From Bdellovibrionota bacterium (lineage in GTDB: Bacteria; Bdellovibrionota; UBA1018; UBA923), in assembly GCA_040754655.1 (NCBI GenBank), contig JBFMCE010000081.1, positions 1-17,728 on the forward strand: a stretch of 17,728 nt of DNA, written 5' to 3'. The position numbers were made by a program, and so were the translations under genes. Shown one piece after another: positions 1 to 8,585 of this stretch (position 1 is its first letter; each line of letters begins with the position of its first letter). A model generated the notes under the pieces. The model had not been told where the DNA came from and made no database searches. It worked only from the letters and a program-made list of their open reading frames with translations.

Positions 1-637
1 CTGCTGGATCGATGGCGCCTAGAGAGCAGAGTGGGTCATTTAAGAACTTGAGCAAACCTTGCCAATAACTTTTTCCTACTAGAACCACGGGGAAGTTTTT
101 CATTTTACCCGTCTGGATAAGAGTTACGACTTCGAAGAACTCATCGAGCGTACCGAAGCCACCAGGCAAGACAATGAAAGCGTGAGAATATTTCGCAAGC
201 ATGAGCTTGCGGACAAAGAAATAGCGAAACTCTATCCACCGGTCGAGAAAGCCGTTGGGTCGTTGTTCCTTTGGAAGAGTGATGTTACAGCCAATTGATT
301 TCCCGCCAACGTCTTTAGCGCCTCGATTCGCGGCTTCCATGAGTCCGGGGCCGCCACCCGTCATGACCGTAAATCCCTTTTTTGCGACTTCTCGGCCGAT
401 ATCGCGGGCGAGCTGATAGTAGGGATGGCTTTCAGATGAAAATCGCGCTGATCCAAATACGGTTATACATGGGCCGACGAAATGAAGGGTTCGAAATCCC
501 TTGATGCACTCAAAAAAAATTCGGAGGGCTCGCTTGAGCTCTGAGAATCGAGAATGCCGACCCTCGAGAAAGTGTCTTTCTTCTTGGTCCGACGAACTCT
601 TTGCAAATCGACTTCTGTTTAGTGTGAAGGCGTCCAT
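1..637 (-). CDS. LOG family protein (TIGR00730-type Rossmann-fold nucleotide phosphoribohydrolase), 3' end truncated by window edge
   Basis: Not in ORF track. Manual translation from ATG at 637 is open to base 1: MDAFTLNRSRF...CITVFGSARF...VMTGGGPGLMEAANRGA...GCNITLPKEQRPN...FRYFFVRKLML...LPGGFGTLDEFFE. Contains the LOG signature PGGxGTxxE and TGGGPGxMEA. Confidence 0.93.
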   Translation of the reverse strand, partial: MDAFTLNRSRFAKSSSDQEERHFLEGRHSRFSELKRALRIFFECIKGFRTLHFVGPCITVFGSARFSSESHPYYQLARDIGREVAKKGFTVMTGGGPGLMEAANRGAKDVGGKSIGCNITLPKEQRPNGFLDRWIEFRYFFVRKLMLAKYSHAFIVLPGGFGTLDEFFEVVTLIQTGKMKNFPVVLVGKSYWQGLLKFLNDPLCSLGAIDPA

Positions 638-651
638 ACCTAGTATGGAAG

Positions 652-667
652 AGCAACGAACATGCCA
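652..667 (-). promoter_or_regulatory. sigma54 (RpoN) -24/-12 promoter of the LOG gene
   Basis: Minus strand TGGCATG-TTCG-TTGCT; GG(666,665)-N10-GC(654,653); one mismatch to consensus TGGCACG-N4-TTGCW; intergenic and correctly oriented. Confidence 0.85.
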
Positions 668-706
668 GGGTTCCCGAGCACGAGATCGTCGGAATTAACG
701 AAAATA

Positions 707-723
707 TGGGACAAATCAGCCCA
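707..723. promoter_or_regulatory. Putative enhancer (bEBP binding) site, proximal, LOG promoter
   Basis: TGGGACA-AAT-CAGCCCA; resembles the motif at 8561 and 13172; begins 41 nt upstream of the first G of the promoter GG. Confidence 0.6.
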
Positions 724-738
724 ACGTGAGGGCTTGAC

Positions 739-755
739 GGAGACTATGGATCCTA
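739..755. promoter_or_regulatory. Putative enhancer site, distal and degenerate, LOG promoter
   Basis: GGAGACT-ATG-GATCCTA; 9/14 match to TGAGACA-N3-TGTCCCA; 73 nt upstream of GG, the same offset as the distal site at the ccoI promoter. Confidence 0.35.
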
Positions 756-778
756 TTGGCCGCTGCTGGGGACGCCGA

Positions 779-1528
779 TCATTCATCCTGCCCCTTGTGC
801 ATGGGGCACTCACTTGGAGCTGACTTTTTATCTATGGCTTGTTCTTGTCCGCGCTCAAACACAAGCGGATATGACCTTAGGCCAACGGAGAACAAACCAA
901 CAGCAATTAAAATCAGTCCCGACAGACCTGGGACACTTCGACCTATTGGTTGGAAAACTTTCTTAATCAAGAGCGAGCTTAGCGTAAGCGCTGGAAGCGT
1001 TCCTAGCCAAAATAGAAGTAACACCAGCGCGCCGCTGACTGCACTTTGGGAAGCAATGCCAGCCAATACAAACGTAAAGAGCCAACCGCAGGGAAGAAGC
1101 GCCGTAAGGATCCCAAGTGAAAAAGATCCCACGTTTGTTCCGCGCTTCGCGCTCGCTTTATTCAACAAATAAGCATGGCTACTGCTCAAGGCGCTAGGGA
1201 GCTTTATGTGCAACGGTCTTTTCAGCAGAATTCTGAGACCAAGAAAAATAAATGTACAGCCGAGAAGAATGCTGCTGAAGATCGAGAGAGCTCGAAGTGA
1301 AGATGAGCCGAGTAAAGCAGAACCCATAAATCCGGAGAATGCACCGAGAGCGCAATATCCAAGCAATCTTCCGAGATGATAAAAGCCCAACGCGAACTTG
1401 TCGCGTGCGGCAACCATGACAAGTCCGCCACACATCGAAACACAATGGGCGCTTCCGAGTAAACTTGCGGTGATCACTGCCATTGGAATCACTGCTTTTG
1501 TGACCGGATCAGAGATATGGTCCAACAA
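779..1528 (-). CDS. DsbD_2 / TauE-SafE-like multi-TM protein of cbb3 oxidase clusters (probable assembly or metal/thiol handling factor)
   Basis: Motifs GSAHCVSMCGG, YHLGRLLGY, LLPCGWL, FWLGTLP; about 6-7 hydrophobic segments; overlaps the 3' end of ccoG. TTG start at 1528 or 1525 (GAGGTG lies 7 nt before 1525). Confidence 0.85.
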   Translation of the reverse strand: MLDHISDPVTKAVIPMAVITASLLGSAHCVSMCGGLVMVAARDKFALGFYHLGRLLGYCALGAFSGFMGSALLGSSSLRALSIFSSILLGCTFIFLGLRILLKRPLHIKLPSALSSSHAYLLNKASAKRGTNVGSFSLGILTALLPCGWLFTFVLAGIASQSAVSGALVLLLFWLGTLPALTLSSLLIKKVFQPIGRSVPGLSGLILIAVGLFSVGLRSYPLVFERGQEQAIDKKSAPSECPMHKGQDE

Positions 1529-2966
1529 GCGTCACCTCTTCTTTCGTCATAACTTGAGAATCGCTGTGATCGGACCGCGTAACAACTACTCCGATCACAG
1601 CCTTACCCTGACTGAGCAACTCTCTATCGAACTTGATGAACACTTCTGTCGTCATCTTTTGACCGGGAGAGAGTTCCAGTTGACTCATTGCTCCTATAAT
1701 TTCTATGGCGTGGGCCTTTGAGCCTTCCACCGCAAGCTTGACCCTGATGGGCTCGAAAGTTTGATTCGACAGTTCCACCTTGAATCGATTGGCGATCTTT
1801 CTCTTCCCATCGATATGCCCAAGATCTTGATACGGGACGTCATTAGGACGGACCAGAAGAAGCTCGACATCAGATCGACCTCTAACAGTCGCAATCAGTC
1901 CTATCGCCACCGCGAGTACGAGCAAGAAGTAAACAATGGTTCGTGGACGAATAAAGCTTGTCTTTTGGCCATGCATGGCCACTTCTGTCGCGTAACGAAT
2001 CAAGCCTCGAGGTTTTTTCAATCGCTCCATCACGTCATCGCAGGCGTCGATACACGCCGTGCACGCGATGCATTCGAGTTGCACGCCTCGCCTGATATCG
2101 ATTCCAGTCGGGCAAACCTGAACGCATCGATAACAATTTACGCAGTCGCCGGTTTTTTCTTGAGATATATGCGTCTGCTTTCGAGGCTCTCCTCTTTTTT
2201 CATCGTATGAAATCACGAGAGAATGATTGTCCATGAGAAGAGACTGAAACCGACCATAAGGACAAACGACGGTGCAGAATTGCTCCCTGAACCATCCGAA
2301 ATCGAATAGAAGAAGGCCGCTGAAAGCAGCCATGAAAAGAAAACTTCCGAAATTTTCACCCGGCGTGCGTCTTATGATCTGCCCTAGATTTTGCGCTCCA
2401 ACAAAATACGCAAGAAAACTATGGGAAATGACTAAAGTAACGCCAAGAAAGAGAGACCACTTGAGTGCCTTTTTCCAAACCTTGTCGCCACTCCATCCGC
2501 CGGCATCGAGTGCTTTTCTTGCGACGGCATCACCTTCAACAAATCGCTCGATTCGTCTAAAAACATTCTCAATGAACACGGTCTGAGGGCATGCCCATCC
2601 ACACCACGCTCTGCCCCAAACAGCCGTAATAAAGGCGATCGAAAGAGCTGCTCCCCCGAAGACGAACACAAGCATCGGAGCGTCATGAGCCCAAAACGTC
2701 AGTCCAAATATGGCGAATCGCCTGTTTGGAATATCGAGTAGAACGGACTGATAACCCCCGATATTAATCCATGGCAGAACGAGAAAGATCAAAATCAAAA
2801 AAACTTGAACGACGTTGCGATATTTTTTGAAGCGGCCAGTAACGTCGGATGGATACACATAGACCCGCCGTCCTTCTTTATCGCTGGTTGTAAGCCGATC
2901 TTGTGGAAGGTCCTTTGGATTAAGAATTTGCGAATCTGGTTTTGAGTTCTTAATGCCACCATCCAT
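1509..2966 (-). CDS. ccoG: cbb3 oxidase accessory protein CcoG/FixG (membrane 4Fe-4S protein)
   Basis: GRAWCGWACPQTVF, REQFCTVVCPYGRFQ, CVNCYRCVQVCPTGIDIR, ECIACTACIDACD; TM helices; C-terminal beta-rich domain; position after ccoP. Confidence 0.96.
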   Translation of the reverse strand: MDGGIKNSKPDSQILNPKDLPQDRLTTSDKEGRRVYVYPSDVTGRFKKYRNVVQVFLILIFLVLPWINIGGYQSVLLDIPNRRFAIFGLTFWAHDAPMLVFVFGGAALSIAFITAVWGRAWCGWACPQTVFIENVFRRIERFVEGDAVARKALDAGGWSGDKVWKKALKWSLFLGVTLVISHSFLAYFVGAQNLGQIIRRTPGENFGSFLFMAAFSGLLLFDFGWFREQFCTVVCPYGRFQSLLMDNHSLVISYDEKRGEPRKQTHISQEKTGDCVNCYRCVQVCPTGIDIRRGVQLECIACTACIDACDDVMERLKKPRGLIRYATEVAMHGQKTSFIRPRTIVYFLLVLAVAIGLIATVRGRSDVELLLVRPNDVPYQDLGHIDGKRKIANRFKVELSNQTFEPIRVKLAVEGSKAHAIEIIGAMSQLELSPGQKMTTEVFIKFDRELLSQGKAVIGVVVTRSDHSDSQVMTKEEVTLVGPYL

Positions 2967-2975
2967 AAGCTGTTT

Positions 2976-3542
2976 CTAGTCCTTGTACTCCTGTCCTTGG
3001 GGTTCTTTGCCACCTGGCGGGTTTGTCCCTTTGATCGACTTGATATAGGCGGTCACGGAGTAGAGTTCTTCTTCAGAAAGAATTGGTCCCCAAGGAGGCA
3101 TTCCCTTTTCTGGAACGCCTTCTTTTACGACCTGGGCAATAGCCGTGACTTTTCCATCGCCATGGAGCCAGAATTTGTCGGTAAGATTGGGGCCAATGCC
3201 GCCTCCGCCAGCGCCGCCGTGGCAAGAAGCGCATCGCATTTGGAAAACAGCCTTGCCTTTGCCGGTGTGCTCGGGACTCTTGTAGAAAGCCGTGAGCTTT
3301 GCTTCATTGAGAGATGGCTTTTGCGGCGCTGAATACTTTTTAGATTCGATGGCAGCCATTTCTTGATCGAATTCTTCTTGAATCGACACTCCACTGCCGA
3401 ATTCGTAATGGTAGTAATAGATCACACCGAATACGACCGTGACGTAAAAGAGGATCTTCCACCATCGCGGGAGCTGGTTATCGAGCTCGACGATTCCGTC
3501 ATACACATGCTTTTCGTCGCTATCATCTTGATGTGAGCTCAT
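2976..3542 (-). CDS. ccoP: cbb3-type cytochrome c oxidase subunit III, short monoheme form
   Basis: FixP_N motif HVYDGIVELDNQLPRWW, one TM helix, single CASCH heme site followed by GPNLTD and KGMPPW; SD GAGGAGG upstream; ATGA overlap with ccoQ. Confidence 0.94.
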   Translation of the reverse strand: MSSHQDDSDEKHVYDGIVELDNQLPRWWKILFYVTVVFGVIYYYHYEFGSGVSIQEEFDQEMAAIESKKYSAPQKPSLNEAKLTAFYKSPEHTGKGKAVFQMRCASCHGGAGGGGIGPNLTDKFWLHGDGKVTAIAQVVKEGVPEKGMPPWGPILSEEELYSVTAYIKSIKGTNPPGGKEPQGQEYKD

Positions 3543-3706
3543 TTTCGATCCTCCTCTAGCGGTAACACGCTAAGCTTCGCGTAAACTGGTTCACCCGACT
3601 TGCGAAACACCCAAGCTAAGGCCCCGCAAAACACTGCGAAGAAAATCAGAAGACCGATGCACGTTAGCCAAGGCATCGAAAAGTTCGCTAATACTTGCGC
3701 CTTCAT
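3539..3706 (-). CDS. ccoQ: cbb3-type cytochrome c oxidase small subunit CcoQ (55 aa)
   Basis: Not in ORF track. MKAQVLANFSMPWLTCIGLLIFFAVFCGALAWVFRKSGEPVYAKLSVLPLEEDRK; single TM helix and C-terminal LPLEE; ATGA overlaps with both ccoNO and ccoP; SD AAGGAG. Confidence 0.9.
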   Translation of the reverse strand: MKAQVLANFSMPWLTCIGLLIFFAVFCGALAWVFRKSGEPVYAKLSVLPLEEDRK

Positions 3707-5832
3707 TGTGCTTCTCCTTTCCCAAGCCGTTGCAGATACGCGATGAGAGCGACGATTTCACGTTCGGCCATTCCTTTAGGAATACCTTGTGCCTCAAGTT
3801 GACTTGCGATCTTATGTGCCTGTTCGCGAGCGAGTTCCTCTGCATGTTCGATTTCGGCGTCGCTATACGGCACGCCCATGCCTCTCATGACTTGGAGTTT
3901 CTTCTTGAGCGACCTAAAGTCTGCCTTATCGCGCACAAGCCACGGATAGCCTGGCATGATCGACTTCGGTGTTACTTCACGCGGATCGATCATGTGCCGA
4001 AAGTGCCAGAGGTCAGGATACTTGCCGCCGAGATTCGCGAGATCTGGTCCGGTACGTTTTGATCCCCACTGGTGGGGATAGTCATACATTGAATCTTCCG
4101 CCTTTGAGTGTTTTCCATAGCGCAAGACTTCTGAAGGAATAGGCCGCACCATTTGCGAGTGGCACGTGTAGCAACTTTCTCTGACATAGATATCGCGGCC
4201 CATAAGCTCGAGAGGCTTGTAGGGTTTGGCCTTCGAAGTCGTACCGACGTAGTTATGTGCCATTAAAGTTGGCATAATTTCGATGATGCTACCGACAAGC
4301 ACTGCGAGAAGCGTAAGCACTGTGAAGGTGGTGGGTAACGCTTCGAGAATGCGATGCGGACGTTTTTCCAAGAGCTTCGTGTAATCAACCTTCAAAGGTT
4401 CTGCGGTCTGCGGCTCGTCAGCGACTTTTGGCGCGCGCTTGATCGTCTTGTACAAGTTGTACGCAAGCATGCCGAAGCCGATGAGATAGAGCGTTCCTCC
4501 TATTGCGCGCAGCCAGTAGAGAGGGACGATGCGAATCACGGTCTCCACGAAATCCGGATACACGAGCCTGCCTTCAGCATTCACCGCGCGAAGCATGAGC
4601 CCTTGAGTGATGCCCGCGACCCACATCGAGAGAATGTAGAGAATGATTCCCAAGAAGCCGGTCCAGAAGTGGGCATTGGCAAGACGCGTGCTGTAAAGCT
4701 CGGTCTTCCATACCTTTGGAACGAGATAATACAACATGGCTGCGATTAAAAACCCGTTCCAGCCTAGTGTTCCGCCGTGGACGTGGCCTACGATCCAATC
4801 GGTATAATGCCCAAGAGCGCTCACTGATTTGATTGAAAGAAGCGGTCCCTCAAAAGTGGCCATGCCATAGAATGTCAGTGCCGCAACAAAGAACTTTAAG
4901 ATAGGTTCTGTGCGAACGCGGTTCCAAGCTCCACGCAAAGTTAAAAGACCGTTGATCATCCCGCCCCAACTCGGAGCGATCAGCATTACGCTGAATACCA
5001 TTCCTAGGGTCTGCGCCCACTCGGGAAGAGCTGTGTAAAGAAGATGATGAGGGCCTGCCCAGATATAAATGAATACGAGTGACCAGAAGTGAATGATCGA
5101 GAGTCGATAACTATAGACGGGTTGGCCTGCGGCTTTAGGAACGTAGTAATACATGAGCCCTAGAAATGGCGTGGTCAAAAAGAAAGCCACGGCATTGTGT
5201 CCATACCACCATTGCACGAGAGCATCCTGAACGCCGGCATAAACTGGATAGCTTTTGAGGAACGACACCGGGATCTCGACGGAATTCACGACGTGCAGAA
5301 CGGCAACCGTGATAATCGTGGCGATGTAGAACCAGATCGCGACATACATGTGTTGCTCGCGGCGTCTCCAGATGGTTCCCATGAAGTTCACGGCGAACAC
5401 GACCCAAACAAGCGTGATCGCAATATCGATCGGCCACTCAAGCTCGGCGTACTCCTTGCTCGTCGTGATCCCAAGCGGGAGCGTAATGGCGGCAGCCACA
5501 ATGATGGCTTGCCATCCCCAGAAGTGGATGCGACTTAGCGTATCGGAATAAAGCCTGGTTTTTAGAAGCCTTTGGCTTGAGTGATAAATTCCGGCGAAAA
5601 TCGCGTTTCCACCAAAAGCGAAGATGGCAGCATTCGTATGAAGTGGTCTTAATCTCCCGAAAGTGAGCCAGGGAAGATTGAAGTTTAGGCGCCAACTCGA
5701 AAGTTGAAACGCGATGAAGACGCCCAAAAGAAGGGCAACCAGTCCCCAGATGATGGTGGCCACAATGAATTTTTTCACCACGTCGTCGTCGTAAAAGAAT
5801 GTCTCTGTTTTATTCTGAGCTGGCGAATTCAT
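3703..5832 (-). CDS. ccoN: cbb3-type cytochrome c oxidase fused subunits I/II (CcoN-CcoO)
   Basis: CcoN motifs GRLRPLHTN, KEYAELEW, QWWYGHNAVAF, YIWAGPHHL, GHVHGG; in-frame CcoO with CYTCHSQMVRP, WGSKRTGPDL, SIMPGYPWL, ALIAYLQRLG; SD GGAG upstream. Confidence 0.98.
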   Translation of the reverse strand: MNSPAQNKTETFFYDDDVVKKFIVATIIWGLVALLLGVFIAFQLSSWRLNFNLPWLTFGRLRPLHTNAAIFAFGGNAIFAGIYHSSQRLLKTRLYSDTLSRIHFWGWQAIIVAAAITLPLGITTSKEYAELEWPIDIAITLVWVVFAVNFMGTIWRRREQHMYVAIWFYIATIITVAVLHVVNSVEIPVSFLKSYPVYAGVQDALVQWWYGHNAVAFFLTTPFLGLMYYYVPKAAGQPVYSYRLSIIHFWSLVFIYIWAGPHHLLYTALPEWAQTLGMVFSVMLIAPSWGGMINGLLTLRGAWNRVRTEPILKFFVAALTFYGMATFEGPLLSIKSVSALGHYTDWIVGHVHGGTLGWNGFLIAAMLYYLVPKVWKTELYSTRLANAHFWTGFLGIILYILSMWVAGITQGLMLRAVNAEGRLVYPDFVETVIRIVPLYWLRAIGGTLYLIGFGMLAYNLYKTIKRAPKVADEPQTAEPLKVDYTKLLEKRPHRILEALPTTFTVLTLLAVLVGSIIEIMPTLMAHNYVGTTSKAKPYKPLELMGRDIYVRESCYTCHSQMVRPIPSEVLRYGKHSKAEDSMYDYPHQWGSKRTGPDLANLGGKYPDLWHFRHMIDPREVTPKSIMPGYPWLVRDKADFRSLKKKLQVMRGMGVPYSDAEIEHAEELAREQAHKIASQLEAQGIPKGMAEREIVALIAYLQRLGKGEAQ

Positions 5833-5860
5833 GTCGTTTCACTCCATGGAACGTCCTGTT

Positions 5861-6019
5861 TCATCGCTTTGTCCTTTCAAGTTCATCTTCCAAGAAAATC
5901 CGGTGAGCGGGCGTTTCGAGGTCATCGTATTGCCCCTTGGATGTCGCCCAAAGATAGGCAGCGACAAATCCACATGAGATCAAAAGTGCTAAGGGAAGAA
6001 GTATTGCCAAGATGGTCAT
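5861..6019 (-). CDS. ccoS: cbb3 oxidase maturation protein CcoS/FixS (52 aa)
   Basis: Not in ORF track. MTILAILLPLALLISCGFVAAYLWATSKGQYDDLETPAHRIFLEDELERTKR; hallmark WAxxxGQYDDL; ATGA overlap with ccoI; GGAGG upstream. Confidence 0.95.
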   Translation of the reverse strand: MTILAILLPLALLISCGFVAAYLWATSKGQYDDLETPAHRIFLEDELERTKR

Positions 6020-8490
6020 TTTCCTCCCCTTTCTCGAAGAGCCTCGCGAAGCTTCCTTGTTCCGATCAGAGTAGAGCCGAATACAGTAAACGCGCTGACT
6101 GGCATCAAAAGCGCGGCAAGAAGAGGCGTCATATGGCCGCTGGCAGCCGTAACTCCGCCAACAAGGTTGTAAGCAAGTGAGAATGCGAAGTTTCGATGGA
6201 TGAGGCTCATGGTCTCTTTAGAGATGACGACAAGCTTTTCAATGTATCGTACGCCTGGGTGAGCGATGTAGACATCGGCAGCGCGAAGACTGACGTCCAT
6301 GCTTCCGTGTACAGCCACGCCGACGTAGGCACTCGAGAGTGCCAATGCGTCGTTTGCGCCGTCACCAGCCATGAGGCACGGTTCATGATTTTTTACAAAA
6401 CGACTTTTGTATTCCGGGGTTGCTACTGAAAAGTGACGATTCGTAGCTATCCCGATGGTTTCGCCAACATTTCGCACCACTTCGGGATCGTCGCCCGAAA
6501 GAATGAAAGAGTTGAGCCTGAACCTATTGAGCTCATCAATGGTCGTCTTTGCATCGACTCGAATTTTATCTCCAAGGAGAGCGGTCGCGATGAGCTTTGT
6601 TTCGCAGTAAACGCCAATTCGCGTTCCGACGCTCGCCGTATTTGTGCGATCGATTTCTTTCAATGATCTCACTTCATAGAATTGACCATTCACAAGCCCG
6701 GATACGCCTACGCCAATTTCCTCCTTAAAAGACGCGACGGGCAGCGAGGTGCCCGAGCCACGCGTTTTCAGAAACTGCACCAAGCTCTTCGCGACCGGAT
6801 GCTTTGATTGCTCTTCTAGAGCCACCACGATGTCGGCAATTTCTCGATGCAAGTGTGAGGTCTCTTTCCATTCAAGCACTTCAAATTTTCCATATGTCAG
6901 CGTTCCCGTCTTATCGAGGACCACGTTCTTCACTCGGGCCACTTTTTCGAGAATCTCTGCCCCGTTTATAAGAATTCCGGCTCGAGCAGCTTTTTTTAGC
7001 GACAAGCTCATCGCTAATGGGGTCGCAAGCGCCAAAGCGCAAGGACAAGTCACTATGATCAATGCCAGAGCTCTATTGATTCCATCCGAGAAATCCGCAC
7101 CTAATCCAAATACGATCGCAGCTCCGACAAATACGGCCGCTAAGAACCACTTTGAGACACGATCTGCGGCAATCACGATAGGAGCCTTTTTCAGACCGCC
7201 TTCTTCGATTTGTTTTAGAATCCGGCCCAGACGAGTTTGTCGCCCTAGTGCCGTGACCTTGATCTGTAGAACATCACTTTCATTCAATGTTCCGGAGTAC
7301 ACCTGGCTACCAGGGCAAACTCGATGCGGCGAAGATTCTCCGGTCAACAGTGACGAGTTGATGGCGCTGGTCCCACTCTGAACAGTTCCATCCACTGGGA
7401 TGACGTCGCCAGGGCCTACTTCAACAAGATCGCCTGGAAGCAGAGCCGCTGTATTCACTTCGACGATCGCGGCGGCCTTCACATCCAATCTCTTTGCCTT
7501 TGAGGGCAAAAGAAAATGATAGAGGTGTGACCCGCCAAGGTTGCGTTGCTGAATTCGTCTTAAGACGTAGCGACTTGAGAGCAAAAGAAAGACTAGAGCA
7601 GAGATCGAATCGAAGTAGATGTGATCCGTTTCATTTCGTAGATTGAATGCGCTGACGACTGCCCCTAGAACTATGGCAAGGATGACCGGAACATCTATCG
7701 ACAACGTCCTTGAGCGAAGCGACGCAATAGCGTTCTTGTAAAATGGAGCTGCGCTGTAAAACAATACGGGAAGAAACAGGGCAAGGCTGAGATAACGAAA
7801 ATAACGGGCAAGATCTCCGGCAAGACCAGCGTAGAGTGCGACTGCGAGAAGCATGATGTTGCCAGAACATGCTGCTGCAACACCGATGCGCATAAGCCAA
7901 CTACGGTTCTCAGCATTTTGAAGCTCTGAAGCCTTTTCATCGCTCTCGATGGGGTGTGGCCGGTATCCAAGCCATGCGAGCTTTTCGGCAGCTTTGGCAA
8001 ACGACCCACCAGGCGCAACCTTGATAGAAGCGACCGACTTTCCTAGGTCAAGCTTGGCTTCCTTGACATCAGGAACAATCTCTGGGAGCTTTTCAATGAG
8101 CCAAATGCAAGCAGCGCAATGCACGCCCTCAACGAAAAAGTCGATCTGAGGATCTTCTAACCCACGAGCATACTTTTCTCTGAAGACTGAGTCATCCAGG
8201 TAGCGATATTCAATGGCGTCGCCCCCGCCAGGTTGAATCTGCCGATCATTGTTCTGCTTCAGCTGGTAAAATCTCGACAGCCCACTGGATTGGAGAAACT
8301 GGTAAACCGTTTTGCAGCCGAGGCAACAGAATACTGGACTCGTCTCTCGAATATCGACTCGGTCTAAAACCTCTTTCCCGCAATGTGTACAAAATGCGGT
8401 CTCAAGCTTCGAATGAGGCTTTGATCTCGAATACGTAACTACCAATCTCTTTTTTCTCGTCTCTTCTTGAGACACTGATCTTGCGCTCAT
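6016..8490 (-). CDS. ccoI: P1B-type copper-translocating ATPase CcoI/FixI
   Basis: N-terminal CTHCG...FCCLGC domain, HMA motif HCAAC, LTGES, TCPCAL, DKTGTLT, HPVA, GDGANDA, AYN and LMPVS; heads the cco cluster. Confidence 0.95.
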   Translation of the reverse strand: MSARSVSQEETRKKRLVVTYSRSKPHSKLETAFCTHCGKEVLDRVDIRETSPVFCCLGCKTVYQFLQSSGLSRFYQLKQNNDRQIQPGGGDAIEYRYLDDSVFREKYARGLEDPQIDFFVEGVHCAACIWLIEKLPEIVPDVKEAKLDLGKSVASIKVAPGGSFAKAAEKLAWLGYRPHPIESDEKASELQNAENRSWLMRIGVAAACSGNIMLLAVALYAGLAGDLARYFRYLSLALFLPVLFYSAAPFYKNAIASLRSRTLSIDVPVILAIVLGAVVSAFNLRNETDHIYFDSISALVFLLLSSRYVLRRIQQRNLGGSHLYHFLLPSKAKRLDVKAAAIVEVNTAALLPGDLVEVGPGDVIPVDGTVQSGTSAINSSLLTGESSPHRVCPGSQVYSGTLNESDVLQIKVTALGRQTRLGRILKQIEEGGLKKAPIVIAADRVSKWFLAAVFVGAAIVFGLGADFSDGINRALALIIVTCPCALALATPLAMSLSLKKAARAGILINGAEILEKVARVKNVVLDKTGTLTYGKFEVLEWKETSHLHREIADIVVALEEQSKHPVAKSLVQFLKTRGSGTSLPVASFKEEIGVGVSGLVNGQFYEVRSLKEIDRTNTASVGTRIGVYCETKLIATALLGDKIRVDAKTTIDELNRFRLNSFILSGDDPEVVRNVGETIGIATNRHFSVATPEYKSRFVKNHEPCLMAGDGANDALALSSAYVGVAVHGSMDVSLRAADVYIAHPGVRYIEKLVVISKETMSLIHRNFAFSLAYNLVGGVTAASGHMTPLLAALLMPVSAFTVFGSTLIGTRKLREALRERGGK

Positions 8491-8504
8491 TCAATAGATA
8501 GTAT

Positions 8505-8520
8505 TGCAGGGCCTATGCCT
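8505..8520 (-). promoter_or_regulatory. sigma54 -24/-12 promoter of the cco operon
   Basis: Minus strand AGGCATA-GGCC-CTGCA; GG(8519,8518)-N10-GC(8507,8506); intergenic; same distance to ATG (16 nt) as the LOG promoter. Confidence 0.75.
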
Positions 8521-8560
8521 GCGAATCACCCACATGAAATCGCATAGATAGATGAAGCTT

Positions 8561-8577
8561 TGAGACGAATTGTCCCA
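8561..8577. promoter_or_regulatory. Putative enhancer site, proximal, cco promoter
   Basis: TGAGACG-AAT-TGTCCCA imperfect palindrome; 42 nt upstream of GG. Confidence 0.7.
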
Positions 8578-8585
8578 AGGCAAAC

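Noticed and set aside
3197..3222. GCC-rich low-complexity run in ccoP
   Set aside because: It encodes the glycine-rich CHGGAGGGGIGP loop after the heme motif and is not a DNA repeat element.
3591..3845. 84-aa minus-strand ORF between ccoO and ccoP
   Set aside because: Wrong frame; ccoQ (3539-3706) has the TM helix, SD and both ATGA overlaps.
6749..7381. 210-aa plus-strand ORF, and the other plus-strand or nested ORFs in the track (e.g. 756-1172, 1761-2210, 5704-6180, 15003-15449)
   Set aside because: They are antisense or off-frame shadows of well-supported genes, with no recognisable motifs.
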